Positions 1-9,614 of a stretch of DNA of 64,000 nucleotides are shown piece by piece (positions within the stretch are counted from its first letter, which is position 1; each line of letters starts with the position of its first letter). A program made the translations under genes and the position numbers. The notes beneath the pieces are model-generated. The model saw nothing but the letters and a program-made list of their open reading frames with translations. It did no database searches and was not told the DNA's origin. The DNA comes from Anaerolineae bacterium (lineage in GTDB: Bacteria; Chloroflexota; Anaerolineae; Aggregatilineales; Phototrophicaceae): the NCBI GenBank assembly GCA_022822305.1, contig JAJEBY010000013.1:131617-195616 (forward strand), written 5' to 3'.

Positions 1-638
1 ATGGCATAAATCAAACTGACGCCGACGCTGAATCCCAATTCGGCATATTTCCTGGCGATCGCGTCCGGCGCTTCCAAAGGGAAATGCGGCGCGTTGTACG
101 CCAGTTGCAGGAAAAAGCTGTCGTTATGGCGTCGCTCGATGAAATCAACGGCCGCATCGCTGAAGACATCGGTCAGATAGCGTTTTCCGTCGCCGTATTC
201 GATAGCGCCATTGCGATCCAGACGATAGCGGTAATAGGGATTCCATCCTCCCTGAAAACCGACGAATTCCTGAAAGCCGCGAGACTTGGGATGATAGCGC
301 TTGTCGAGGGCGCCGTTGTGCCACTTGCCGATCAAGCCGGTGGCGTATCCCGCCCCTGACAGCAGATCGGCCAGCGTAACTTCAACGAGGCGCAGCCGGT
401 CCAAGCCGCGCGCTTCCAGGGTGTCGATGCTGCCGGTTCGATGGGGGTAGCGCCCGGTCATCAAGGCGGCGCGCGCCGGCGCGCAAACTGGAGACGCCGA
501 GTAGTGCTGCGTCAAACATTGGCCCGCATCGACCAACGCGTCCAGATGCGGCGTGGGAGAAACTCGATCGTTGAAGATGCCGAAGTCGCCGTAGCCCATG
601 TCATCGGCGATGATGAGGAGGATATTGGGACGCGTCAT
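1..638 (-). CDS. Arylsulfatase (Cys-type, formylglycine-dependent family), N-terminal part; gene continues past the left window edge
   Basis: Absent from the ORF track (no stop in window). Hand translation of the minus strand from ATG 638..636 gives MTRPNILLIIADDMGYGDFG...HYSASPVCAPARAALMTGRYPHRTG...GLIGKWHNG. It contains the sulfatase C-x-P-x-R signature (Cys codon 485..483). Confidence 0.85.
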   Translation of the reverse strand, partial: MTRPNILLIIADDMGYGDFGIFNDRVSPTPHLDALVDAGQCLTQHYSASPVCAPARAALMTGRYPHRTGSIDTLEARGLDRLRLVEVTLADLLSGAGYATGLIGKWHNGALDKRYHPKSRGFQEFVGFQGGWNPYYRYRLDRNGAIEYGDGKRYLTDVFSDAAVDFIERRHNDSFFLQLAYNAPHFPLEAPDAIARKYAELGFSVGVSLIYA

Positions 639-1390
639 CTTGCGCCGCGGCTGCGGACCTTATCCGGGCCAGCGCCCGGATAGCCCACTCGAAACAGGGT
701 GGCGGTCGCGCCGAACATGATGCGATCGCCGTCGCGCAGGATCTGCGCCTTGCCGCCAGTCACCGGCCGCGTATTGACCGATGTGCCGTTGACGCTGCCC
801 AGATCAAAGAGCTTCCAGTGATGCTTCTCTTTGACCAGAAAGGCGTGAGGCCGCGACACGGTGGGATCCTGTAAAGCGATCTCCCAGGTGGAATTGGGCG
901 TGGAGCGTCCGATATAGATTTCGTCTTTCAGCAAGGCGTAGACCTGCCCCTGCTGTGGACCTTTGGTGATGCGCAAGCTGGCTTTGTCGCCCACGAGCAC
1001 CGAGACCAGCGCCGCCGCCTCGTCGCCCGGATCGGCATTGGCGCGGATCAGCCTGAGCATGGTGACGAAGAGATTGATTTCATCGCCCAGCGCCAGCGTA
1101 TTAGAGCCGTCAACGCGATTGCCGTTGACAAAAGTGCCGTTGGCGCTGTCGAGATCATCAATGAGGAACTTGTCGTCGCGGCAGGTCACCACGGCGTGCA
1201 TGCGCGACACATGCCCTTCCGCTATCTGAATATCGTTGGAGGCGGAGCGGCCGATGGTCACGCTCGTGCCTTCTGTCATAAGGTGTTCACGCGTCTCGCC
1301 CGTGTAGGGATCGAGCCAAACCAGTTTGGCGCCCGCAACGTCCATCGACGGTATTCCCATAATCGCCAAAATCACGGGCGATTGTAACAC
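635..1390 (-). CDS. Double FHA-domain protein
   Basis: Two FHA-like units (TIGRSASNDIQIAEGHVSRMHAVV...SANGTFVNG and YIGRS...VSRPHAFL...SVNGTSVN). The stop overlaps the sulfatase ATG as ATGA (635-638). Start is uncertain: GTG 1390, or ATG 1360 or 1345. Confidence 0.8.
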   Translation of the reverse strand: MLQSPVILAIMGIPSMDVAGAKLVWLDPYTGETREHLMTEGTSVTIGRSASNDIQIAEGHVSRMHAVVTCRDDKFLIDDLDSANGTFVNGNRVDGSNTLALGDEINLFVTMLRLIRANADPGDEAAALVSVLVGDKASLRITKGPQQGQVYALLKDEIYIGRSTPNSTWEIALQDPTVSRPHAFLVKEKHHWKLFDLGSVNGTSVNTRPVTGGKAQILRDGDRIMFGATATLFRVGYPGAGPDKVRSRGAR

Positions 1391-1448
1391 GTCAACGCGT
1401 CCGGGGGTAAATTTTGAATGTGGTTGGAATCGTGTTTGTCAGGTGTTG

Positions 1449-1469
1449 ACTGTCTCGATCCGAGACAGT
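1449..1469 (-). other. Intergenic stem-loop (9-bp perfect stem actgtctcg/cgagacagt, 3-nt loop) between the LCP gene stop and the FHA gene start
   Basis: Inverted repeat read directly from the sequence. No U-tract follows on the minus strand, so a terminator role is unproven. Confidence 0.3.
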
Positions 1470-1506
1470 AGCGGCAACTCCATTTGACCCTTGAGGATGC
1501 GATTCT

Positions 1507-3063
1507 CTACCCGTCGATGATCGCCAGCGCGTCCTCGCCCAGCGCGAGCATGACGCCCGCCGCGATCACGCCGTCGCCGGCGCGCGCGATACGCTCATCG
1601 GGAAGGCCCAGCAGCTGCGCCAGGTAGCGCGCCGTCCAGATATGGCGACCGCCATAGTCACGTATCTCGGTCAACCTGAGATCGCTGGAAACGAGATTAC
1701 CCACAGCCGCGATGCTGACGCCGCGCTCGATCAGCCACTCGCGCGTCCGGGTGGCGAGGCCGACCAGTTTGGTGCCGTTATACACGTAAATCGGCGCATT
1801 CTCTACGCGGGCGCGCGCCTGCATGTCCGCCAGCGTAATGTTCAACTGCGGATAGAACACACGTTGGATCAGATCGCTGATGGAGGCGTAATCCGGGTAA
1901 AGCACCTGGTCGCCTTCGGGACTGATCCCGCCCGATACATAGAGGTTGTCCACTACTTCAAAGCGGATGTTCTCGCGATCGATTTCGGTCATCAAGCGCG
2001 CCAGCGCCAAGATATCCTCCAGCGACAAGTTCGTGCGATAGTTATCGTGCAATTCTATCCACAGGCGCGGCGCCCCCGCGATGATATTGAAGATGCCGCC
2101 CGCGCTCAACACTTTGGCGCGCAAGGCATCCAGCACTTGATGCTGCCGCCGCAGGCGGTCGAAATCGCCTCCTTCGGTGGCGCGCGTGCGGGCATATTGC
2201 AGCAAGGTCTCGGCATCCATGCGCTGCTCGCCCGGCTGGAATCGCACGTGGATGTAACCGAAACCCGCATCGGGGTAGGTGGGATCGTCGATGGCTTCCG
2301 CGACTGTGATTGGCACGCCGTTAGGCGCCAACAGATCGACAACCGTCAGGAAAACATCGAAGTTGATCAGCAGATACTTATCGACCGGCACGCCGAAATT
2401 GGTGGAGACGGTTTCCATCGCCAAGGCGGGACCGCCTCCGCCGGGATACGCATCCCTGTCGCCGATGAAGTTGGCAGTATTGATGCGACTTGGCTCATAG
2501 CCCGGGATTGTCACCCAGAGATCGCGCGGCAGCGAGAGCACACCGATCGTCTTGCGCACGGGATCGACGTTCATCAGCATCATGGTATCGGTGCGAAATG
2601 GTCCGTTTTCGCCGGTGGCGCTGCGTTGATCGATGCCCATCAACAGGATGCGAATCTGCCGCGGGTCGGTTATGCGCGGCAAATCGATCGGCGCCGCCGC
2701 GTTTGGCATCGGCGAGGGCAATGCTGTGGCGACGCTCGCTGTGTTGAAATCCGAAGTTGCCGCGGGCGCGACCGGATTCAATGTCGCCACGTCCGTCGGC
2801 GCGGCGGTGAGCATCGGTGTCAAGACCAGCAGCGGCGGATCAGCCTTTGGCGTCGGCGGCACCGCATCCCCGTTTTCGCAGGGGGTTTGGCCCGTCAGCA
2901 GGCAGCGCAGCACCAGCCAGGGGTCTTCCACCGGAACGCCGGTCCGGCTCAGATCGACAACCGCTCGCTGCGTCAGGCCGAAGGTGGTGACCGCACAGAT
3001 GCCCGTGCCCAGCAATAGCGCGACGAATGCCAGGAAACCCAGCAGCCACCTCGGAATACGCAT
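1507..3063 (-). CDS. LytR-CpsA-Psr (LCP) family cell-envelope phosphotransferase with N-terminal membrane anchor and C-terminal LytR_C-like domain
   Basis: ILLMGIDQRS...RTDTMMLMNVDP...LSLPRDLWV motifs; N-terminal hydrophobic helix. Confidence 0.85.
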   Translation of the reverse strand: MRIPRWLLGFLAFVALLLGTGICAVTTFGLTQRAVVDLSRTGVPVEDPWLVLRCLLTGQTPCENGDAVPPTPKADPPLLVLTPMLTAAPTDVATLNPVAPAATSDFNTASVATALPSPMPNAAAPIDLPRITDPRQIRILLMGIDQRSATGENGPFRTDTMMLMNVDPVRKTIGVLSLPRDLWVTIPGYEPSRINTANFIGDRDAYPGGGGPALAMETVSTNFGVPVDKYLLINFDVFLTVVDLLAPNGVPITVAEAIDDPTYPDAGFGYIHVRFQPGEQRMDAETLLQYARTRATEGGDFDRLRRQHQVLDALRAKVLSAGGIFNIIAGAPRLWIELHDNYRTNLSLEDILALARLMTEIDRENIRFEVVDNLYVSGGISPEGDQVLYPDYASISDLIQRVFYPQLNITLADMQARARVENAPIYVYNGTKLVGLATRTREWLIERGVSIAAVGNLVSSDLRLTEIRDYGGRHIWTARYLAQLLGLPDERIARAGDGVIAAGVMLALGEDALAIIDG

Positions 3064-3246
3064 GGATTCCAGCCCTTTTTGTCAAACTGCCGATTGTGGC
3101 AGTTGAGCAAATCTGAAGTAAGAGAACTCGCGGCAGGTCAAGGCGGCGCCGCCGAGCGACTAGCTTCCGCTGAGTCGTAGCTACGCTTAGCGCAACGATC
3201 GCCGCGAATTATAGCATAGCCAAGGCGCGCTGCAGCAGTCGCTAAA

Positions 3247-3813
3247 TCATACGCTTGGGCTGCGCGACCTTTGGCGCAGGCTGCGGATATAGGCATCGCT
3301 GTCGGGCACGTGCACGGGCAGGTGACGATACATCGGTCGCGGCGGCATCACCATGATGCTTTCGATCATGCCGCCCAGATCAGTGGCGGCGTCTGCGGCG
3401 AATGGGGCCGGCTCCCGCCATTGCCCATCGCTAATATCGGCGATTGCCGCTTCCAGCCGCGCGCTGACGTTCCGGTATTCGTCGATTTGCTCAGACAAAC
3501 TCAAATGTCGGCGATCGGCGATGCCTCCATAGTGGATGGCACGACTGACGCGAGCGTCGTTCACCGCATCGACGGCGCCGGGCTTGTGGCCGAGCCGCCA
3601 CTCCGCGATTGCCTCCAGCGTCAGCGCTTCATAGCAGATCAAATGGGCCAGCAGATCTTTGAAGGAGCATTCCTGGTCATAATAGAGACCGTACTTGATG
3701 GTATCGCGGCGGGTCATCTCTTCCTCGGTCAACGCAGCCATCAGCGCCGCAACCGCGTCATGTTCGATTCCCAGGAGACGCAGGGCTTCCGTTCGCTCGA
3801 TTGTGGCGCGCAT
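3247..3813 (-). CDS. DinB/ClbS-like helical-bundle protein (weak assignment)
   Basis: 188-aa ORF with coding-like composition. The segment DLLAHLICYEALTLEAI resembles DinB-superfamily helices. No catalytic motif confirmed. Confidence 0.45.
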   Translation of the reverse strand: MRATIERTEALRLLGIEHDAVAALMAALTEEEMTRRDTIKYGLYYDQECSFKDLLAHLICYEALTLEAIAEWRLGHKPGAVDAVNDARVSRAIHYGGIADRRHLSLSEQIDEYRNVSARLEAAIADISDGQWREPAPFAADAATDLGGMIESIMVMPPRPMYRHLPVHVPDSDAYIRSLRQRSRSPSV

Positions 3814-3965
3814 TTGATTCCTCCGGATGCAGTATTCGACTCCCCCACAGTGTACTCGAATCCTCGGCTTGGTTCGAGTACCGGGTGGTAGGCTCGCCCT
3901 GTGCTGATGGCCGATGCGCCGTTACACTTGCGTTGAATGACCGGCGTGTTAGCGGTGGACAGAGG

Positions 3966-4268
3966 ATGAGCGAAGCAATCTTGTCGGCGGAGCAAGTACG
4001 GGCCATTGCCGATCTGGCGCGGCTGGAATTGAGCGAGGCCGATGTCGCTCGCTACCAGCGCCAGCTCTCCGACATACTGGTCTATTTTCAAAAACTGGAA
4101 GAGCTTGATACGACGCATATTGACCCAACCTCGTCGGTGTTGCCGTTGACCAACGTCATGCGACCGGACATCGCCGGGGCGCCCTTGCCCGTCGACGATG
4201 CTGTCGCCAACGCGCCCGATAGCGACGGCCAGCAGTTTCGCGTGCGGGCTGTGCTCGATGCGGACTAG
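3966..4268 (+). CDS. gatC: Asp-tRNA(Asn)/Glu-tRNA(Gln) amidotransferase subunit C
   Basis: MSEAILSAEQVRAIADLARLELSEADVARYQRQLSDILVYFQKLEELDT...NVMRPD is the typical GatC sequence. I moved the start to internal ATG 3966; the long ORF-track N-extension has no support. Confidence 0.85.
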   Translation: MSEAILSAEQVRAIADLARLELSEADVARYQRQLSDILVYFQKLEELDTTHIDPTSSVLPLTNVMRPDIAGAPLPVDDAVANAPDSDGQQFRVRAVLDAD

Positions 4269-4329
4269 CTTCGATCGGTTAGCCGCAAGGCGCTGTGCCT
4301 TGTCCGCGGCGATTCGGCGGGCTTAGCGC

Positions 4330-5268
4330 ATGAGCGAGTTCGTCAGCGTCGCGATTATCCAGGCGCGGCCGCCCTATTACGATCTGCCTAAATGCGTCGA
4401 CAAGGCGCGTTCGCTGATTCGCGAGGCAGCGGCAAATGGCGCGCGGCTGATCACGATGGGCGAGACCTGGTTCCCGGGATATCCTGCCTGGCTGGATTAT
4501 GTGCCGCAAGCGGCGCTTTGGGATCATGCGCCGACCAAGCAAGTTTATGCCCGGCTCTATCAGAACAGCCCGGCCGTCGACGGCCAAGAGATGTCCGAAT
4601 TGCGGCGACTGGCGCGCGAGCTGGACGTCGTCTTGCTGCTGGGCATCAACGAGCGCGTGGCGCGGGGACGCGGCAACCGCAGCCTCTACAACAGCATTAT
4701 CACTATCGACGCAAGCGGCGAAATCGTCAATCACCATCGCAAGCTTCGTCCCACATTCAGCGAGCAAATGGTCTGGGCGCAGGGCGATGGCGCGGGATTG
4801 AGCGCTGCCGATACGGCGGTCGGCCGCGTCGGCGGCTTGATATGCTGGGAGCACTGGATGCCACACGCCCGGCAAGCCCTGCACATCAGCAACGAGACGA
4901 TCCACGCCGCGCTCTGGCCGGCGGTGAAGGAATCGCACCAGGTCGCCAGCCGTCATTACGCCTTTGAGGGACGCTGCTTCGTTCTGGCGGCCGGCTCGAT
5001 CATGCTCGCCGCCGATTTGCCAAATGAGTTTGAACTCCCCGAAGCTCTGCGCGCTGATCCGGATCAGCTGCTGCTGCATGGGGGCAGCGCCATCATCGAT
5101 CCCGACGGCGAATACCTGGCCGAGCCGGTTTATGGCGAGGAGACCATCCTCTACGCCGAGCTCAATTTGGAGCGCATCATCGAAGAACAGATGACCCTCG
5201 ATGTTACCGGGCACTACGCCCGCGATGATGTATTCAGCTTCGAGGTCAATCGCCGACGCCTGGAATAG
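4330..5268 (+). CDS. Nitrilase / carbon-nitrogen hydrolase family protein
   Basis: Glu-Lys-Cys triad contexts GETWFPGY, HRKLRPT and GLICWEHWMP. Confidence 0.85.
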   Translation: MSEFVSVAIIQARPPYYDLPKCVDKARSLIREAAANGARLITMGETWFPGYPAWLDYVPQAALWDHAPTKQVYARLYQNSPAVDGQEMSELRRLARELDVVLLLGINERVARGRGNRSLYNSIITIDASGEIVNHHRKLRPTFSEQMVWAQGDGAGLSAADTAVGRVGGLICWEHWMPHARQALHISNETIHAALWPAVKESHQVASRHYAFEGRCFVLAAGSIMLAADLPNEFELPEALRADPDQLLLHGGSAIIDPDGEYLAEPVYGEETILYAELNLERIIEEQMTLDVTGHYARDDVFSFEVNRRRLE

Positions 5269-5340
5269 CCACCGGGCGCTTGCCGGCGGACGCGCTCAAG
5301 GCGCGTCGCATAGGTCTGGCCGCAACCAAACTGAGTTTTC

Positions 5341-5370
5341 TTGCGTAATCGGAGTGATACCGTGTACAAT
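5341..5370 (+). promoter_or_regulatory. Candidate sigma70-type promoter for the S8 protease gene (TTGCGT-N18-TACAAT)
   Basis: Hexamers read at 5341-5346 and 5365-5370. An AAGGGGA Shine-Dalgarno precedes ATG 5409. Confidence 0.3.
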
Positions 5371-5408
5371 CAGAATGCGTTGTCATAGCTTGACCGAAGG
5401 GGAATCCT

Positions 5409-6593
5409 ATGAAATCCACTCGGCGCCTCCCAATATTGCTGTTCTGTTTGATCGCGCTTATGCTGCCGTCTGTGCCAGCGTTCGCCAGCGAATTCCCGCC
5501 GCAGCACATCGACGAAACCGTGCTGCTAGGCGCGGATGGCGACAGCACGCGCATCGTGCCGGTTCACGCCGCGCAGCCCACCGGCAATTGGGTGATTCAC
5601 TACGACCCGAATACGCCGCTGAGCGAGAAATGGGAATACGTGCATCGTATCGGCGGCACAATCGTGGAGCGCATAGATGAATTGGAGATCTGGGTGGTGG
5701 ATGTGCCGGAAGATTTCGGCATGAATTTCACCTTCGATAGCGATGTGGAATTGGTCGAGCAAGACTTCGTGGTCAGCGTGCATTTTGACATTCCGCCCAA
5801 CGATCCCGATTACGATCGCCAGTGGGCGCTGCCGCATATTCAGGCCGAGGCTGCCTGGGGCGAAATCGGCGAACTGAGCCCGGTCACCGTGGCCGTCATC
5901 GATACCGGCGTCTGCATGACCCACGAAGACCTGTCGGGTCGCGTATTGGACAATGGCTACGACTTCGTCGACAACGATGACGATCCGGAAGATGTCTTCG
6001 GGCATGGCTGCTCGGTGGCGGGCATCATCGCCGCCAACATCAACAACGGCATCGGCATCGCTGGTTTCGCGCCCAATGCGTCAATTCTTCCGGTGCGCGT
6101 TCTAGGACCGAGCGGCAGCGGTTCCATGGCCGATGTGGCGGCCGGTATCGTTTACGCCGCCGATGAAGACGCCGACATCATCAACTTGTCGCTGGGCAGC
6201 TCGATTGGCTCGCAGGTGACCAAAGACGCGGTCGATCATGCCTTGGGCAAAGGTGTCACAATCATCGCCTCGGCGGGCAACAGCGCGGGCAGTTTGCCCG
6301 GTTTTCCGGCGCGCTACGAAAATGTGGTCGCTGTCGGCGCCATCGATCGAAACGGCGCGCGCAGCAGCTTCAGCAACAAAGGCGGCGATATCTGGGCGCC
6401 CGGACGTGAGGTGCATACGATCTATCTCGATAACGGCTACAAGGCGCTCAATGGCACCAGCTTCTCCGCGCCCTACGTCGCCGCGATGGCGGCTGTGTTG
6501 GAAGGCATGGGCGCGGAGCTGCATCTCGATGGCGGCGACATGACCTGGACCTGTATGCGCCAGGGCGCTTGCGAACTTGTGCCGGGCAGCTAA
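5409..6593 (+). CDS. Secreted subtilisin-like serine protease (peptidase S8) with signal peptide and propeptide
   Basis: Asp/His/Ser triad contexts VAVIDTGV, HGCSVAGIIAA and GTSFSAPYVAAMAA; N-terminal signal LPILLFCLIALMLPSVPAFA. Confidence 0.9.
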   Translation: MKSTRRLPILLFCLIALMLPSVPAFASEFPPQHIDETVLLGADGDSTRIVPVHAAQPTGNWVIHYDPNTPLSEKWEYVHRIGGTIVERIDELEIWVVDVPEDFGMNFTFDSDVELVEQDFVVSVHFDIPPNDPDYDRQWALPHIQAEAAWGEIGELSPVTVAVIDTGVCMTHEDLSGRVLDNGYDFVDNDDDPEDVFGHGCSVAGIIAANINNGIGIAGFAPNASILPVRVLGPSGSGSMADVAAGIVYAADEDADIINLSLGSSIGSQVTKDAVDHALGKGVTIIASAGNSAGSLPGFPARYENVVAVGAIDRNGARSSFSNKGGDIWAPGREVHTIYLDNGYKALNGTSFSAPYVAAMAAVLEGMGAELHLDGGDMTWTCMRQGACELVPGS

Positions 6594-6614
6594 GCTATCT
6601 CGATACCAAAAACC

Positions 6615-6648
6615 AAAGGGGCAGCGTCGCAGCTGCCCCTTTTTGTTT
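6615..6648. terminator. Bidirectional rho-independent terminator between convergent genes
   Basis: Perfect 11-bp stem aaaggggcagc (6615-6625) / gctgccccttt (6632-6642) with a 6-nt loop. It is followed by ttttgttt, and an A-run precedes it for the opposite strand. Confidence 0.85.
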
Positions 6649-6677
6649 GCCGCTCAATTTGTGGCCCCACGCAAAAC

Positions 6678-7334
6678 TTAAGGCTGAGTGCGATTGAGGC
6701 GTCCGCGCCGCCGACGATGGTGGATGTAGACCGGCTGCAATTGCTGCTTCGGCTCGGGTTCGCCGTAAATCGCCCGATCAATCGAATCGTTGAAGCCGCT
6801 GATCAACCCGCGCAGATGCTCACGAGCGTATTGCAGGCGCTTCTTGACCGTCGCCAGCGGGATGTTCAGCTTCTCCGAAATTTCGCGTTGCGATTCGCCG
6901 CCCAGGTAATAGTCGCGGGTGACATCGCGCTCTTTTTCTGGCAGAGCCGCTACGGCGAGGCGCACGCGCTGGCGCAATTCGCTCGCTTCCAGTTGCGCTT
7001 CCGGCGATGCCGCGGGGCAGGGCAGATTCTCGTCCGCTTCTCCGGTTTCCTGTAGCATTTTTGGCCGCCGCGTGATGCGATCAGCCTGGGTCATGACGAT
7101 GCGCTTGAGCCAGGATGGAAACGCCGCGCCATCCTTCAGCTGATGGATCTGCGTATAGGCGGTCAGGAACGCATCCTGCGCGACATCCTCCGCCAGCTGC
7201 GCATCGCTCAGTTTGCTGTAGGCGATCGCGTAGACCAATCCCTGATAATCGCGGACCAGATGATCGAAGGCGTCATTGCGTTCGGCCTTGTCGGCGGATT
7301 GCGCGCGCTGCACCCAATCTTGATAACTGACCAT
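6678..7334 (-). CDS. RNA polymerase sigma-70 family (ECF-like) sigma factor
   Basis: Region 2 (FDHLVRDYQGLVYAIAY...DVAQDAFL) and region 4 HTH (ESQREISEKLNIPLATVKKRLQYAREHL). Confidence 0.85.
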   Translation of the reverse strand: MVSYQDWVQRAQSADKAERNDAFDHLVRDYQGLVYAIAYSKLSDAQLAEDVAQDAFLTAYTQIHQLKDGAAFPSWLKRIVMTQADRITRRPKMLQETGEADENLPCPAASPEAQLEASELRQRVRLAVAALPEKERDVTRDYYLGGESQREISEKLNIPLATVKKRLQYAREHLRGLISGFNDSIDRAIYGEPEPKQQLQPVYIHHRRRRGRLNRTQP

Positions 7335-7396
7335 GCTTGGGTAACCGACCTCTCCAATTTCGGCGACGCCGATCTCTTGTCTGGCGTCCGTTTCCG

Positions 7397-7425
7397 ATTA
7401 TCACGCGGGTGACGCGTATTGTCAA
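7397..7425 (-). promoter_or_regulatory. Candidate sigma70-type promoter of the sigma-factor gene (TTGACA-N17-GATAAT on the minus strand)
   Basis: Plus-strand attatc at 7397-7402 and tgtcaa at 7420-7425 with a 17-nt spacer, about 65 nt upstream of ATG 7334. Confidence 0.45.
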
Positions 7426-7462
7426 TTTGCTTCCGGCCCGCTTCTTTTGTCAACCGCCTTGC

Positions 7463-7693
7463 TCATGCAAGGACCAAATTTGATATCTGGCGTGAGCGCG
7501 GCCGACCTTTTCGCTGCCGCCGAGCAGCTGCGTAAGGTCCGCGCTCAAGCTTGAAAACGCTTTCTTCATAATTACACCGGTACTCGCCAAACGTCTTGGC
7601 TTGTGCGGACAGTTGGCGCTCACGCTCGCAGTAGCGACAGTTGATATTATCTGCCCGACAAATGCTGATTCGCCGCCGGCGCGTCGTCGGCAT
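7463..7693 (-). CDS. Small Arg- and Cys-rich hypothetical protein (possible zinc ribbon)
   Basis: 76 aa from ATG 7693: MPTTRRRRISICRADNINCRYCERERQ...YRCNYEE (C-x6-C-x2-C-x17-C). No recognised family; coding status is uncertain. Confidence 0.3.
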   Translation of the reverse strand: MPTTRRRRISICRADNINCRYCERERQLSAQAKTFGEYRCNYEESVFKLERGPYAAARRQRKGRPRSRQISNLVLA

Positions 7694-7785
7694 GCTGCGC
7701 GCCGTCAACTGGTTTGGTTGTGGACGGTGGGGCGGGGTACAATAGGCTTCGCCAGCGACTCTCAAGATATGCCCGTCGATGAGAT

Positions 7786-8187
7786 ATGGCGTTCGATCAG
7801 ATTTTCCCCTGGCTACCCGGCGAATACATGTTCCTGGCGCTTCCCGTGGGCATCCTCCTGACGGGTCTGCTGCTCTCGATAGCCGTCACTTACGGGATCA
7901 GTTTGTGGCTGATATACGCCAAGGCGGGCCGAGCCGGCTGCCTGGCCATGATTCCCTTCGTCAACGCTTACGTGTTGCTGCGCATCGTCGGCCTGCCCAG
8001 ATGGTCGTTCCTGCTGCTTTTTCTGCCGCCGATCAGCCTGGCGCTGCTGGCCTGGATGTGGCTGCGCCTGGGCAGAGCCTTTGGGCGCAGTCTAATCTTC
8101 AGCATCGGACTGATAGTGCTCAATCCATTCTTCGTTCCATTGCTCGCTTTTGATGAATCCGCGTATGCGCGCGCCACTTACAAGTGA
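7786..8187 (+). CDS. Small integral membrane protein, DUF5684-like
   Basis: LIYAKAGRAGCLAMIPFVNAYVLLRIVGLPRWSFLLLFLP matches my recollection of the DUF5684 core; 3-4 predicted TM helices. Confidence 0.65.
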   Translation: MAFDQIFPWLPGEYMFLALPVGILLTGLLLSIAVTYGISLWLIYAKAGRAGCLAMIPFVNAYVLLRIVGLPRWSFLLLFLPPISLALLAWMWLRLGRAFGRSLIFSIGLIVLNPFFVPLLAFDESAYARATYK

Positions 8188-8536
8188 ACCCGGTTGCCAT
8201 ATCGCCGACCCTGGCATCAGCCGTCAACATGAATGTGACCGGCGAATGACTCGATCCTTTACTGCCCGGATTACCCTTAACGGGCGCCAACCGGCTGCAA
8301 GTACGCAAGTTCTACCGACCGCGCGCTTGTCTTGCTGTTGTTACAAATGTAAGAAGAGAATACGCAATGATCCCTTTAACGATATATATAGCATATGCTA
8401 ATATTAAATGGACTGCCTTGTCCCTCTGTTGTCGTGCGTATTCCCGGTCCTAGATTCGCTATTGTGCTCGCTCGCCGCATTTGATGCACTGGCATAATGT
8501 CCAAAAGGGCCTGGTTGCGCCAGGGTAGAAAGCACT

Positions 8537-9124
8537 ATGAATGAATCCGATCGTCGAGTAATCCGAACACGTCGAGCACTGCTTGATTCTTTTGCAAGAC
8601 TGGCATTGGAAGTCGGATTTGACGCCGTCACGATCAGAGATATCACCAAAGAAGCGAATGTCAGCTATTCCACATTCTTTCGACATTTCAAGAATAAGGA
8701 AGAGTTGACAACGTATGTGTTCAATTTGGCTCGCGAGAGTGTCTATGCGCAGTTCGATGACAGCATGACTCCCTTCGACGAAGCGCTCGCGACATTTAGA
8801 TACATGAGTCGCAATCGCGGCATATTTCAGCTGTGCGCTGCCGTACCGCGCGATCATCCGGCGGTGACTGCATTCCGTAACCAACTCAGTGAAGCGATCA
8901 AGGCGGAATTAGTCGCCGATGATGAGAGCATGGTTCCTGTCGATGCTATCGCCCACCATGTTTCAGCGGCGATGATAGAAATGTTTCGCTGGTGGCTTGA
9001 AAACGATACCAGATTCACCGCCGAGCAGATGGCGACCATCTATTATGAACTCATCGTCAAGACCAAGCTATCCAGGGCCAAATATAGAGAGACGCCTCCG
9101 TCGCAAGAATCCGCAGAAGTCTAA
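8537..9124 (+). CDS. TetR/AcrR family transcriptional regulator
   Basis: N-terminal HTH VTIRDITKEANVSYSTFFRHFKNKEEL. Confidence 0.85.
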   Translation: MNESDRRVIRTRRALLDSFARLALEVGFDAVTIRDITKEANVSYSTFFRHFKNKEELTTYVFNLARESVYAQFDDSMTPFDEALATFRYMSRNRGIFQLCAAVPRDHPAVTAFRNQLSEAIKAELVADDESMVPVDAIAHHVSAAMIEMFRWWLENDTRFTAEQMATIYYELIVKTKLSRAKYRETPPSQESAEV

Positions 9125-9614
9125 GTCGCTGGCTTGAGTCTCAGTTGCCGTCTGGTCCTCGAAGAGTCAATTGCATTCCACTGCCTCAAACGATGGGAAG
9201 GCGTTTGCGCAACGGCTTCAGTTGAGTCAGTGCAGCATTAGGACTTGAGCCCGGCGCGCGGCACTTTGATATGACGGCACGACTAAGGCGCTCAATTTGC
9301 GTTCACGGAATACCGAGCCGTCGCGAAGCGGTCGGCTGCAGCATTCGCTTGACCGCGATGCCCAACTAAAATGCGCTTATGGCTGTTGAACTTAGTAAAG
9401 TATAAGTTTCAAATATAAGCGCATGCTTAGCAATACATGCCTGGCAGAGCCCAATGTGTTGACATTCAGTGTAAATGCGGGCATTGTGAGAAATTGCGCC
9501 GTCCGCAGCGTCATCGTTGGAGATTCAGGTTGAAACGAGTCGTCGCTGCTGTAACCGTGCGTTGGCGTGATCCGGCTGAGATCGTTACGGTTGATCAAGA
9601 CCGTAGGCGCTACA

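Noticed and set aside
1642-3018. 458-aa plus-strand ORF antisense to the LCP gene
   Set aside because: A typical high-GC shadow ORF: Arg/Ala/Gly/Gln-rich low-complexity translation with no motif. It is fully covered by a well-supported gene on the other strand.
4279-5214. 311-aa minus-strand ORF antisense to the nitrilase gene
   Set aside because: Shadow ORF of a high-GC gene; no motif, and the nitrilase frame has the clear catalytic triad.
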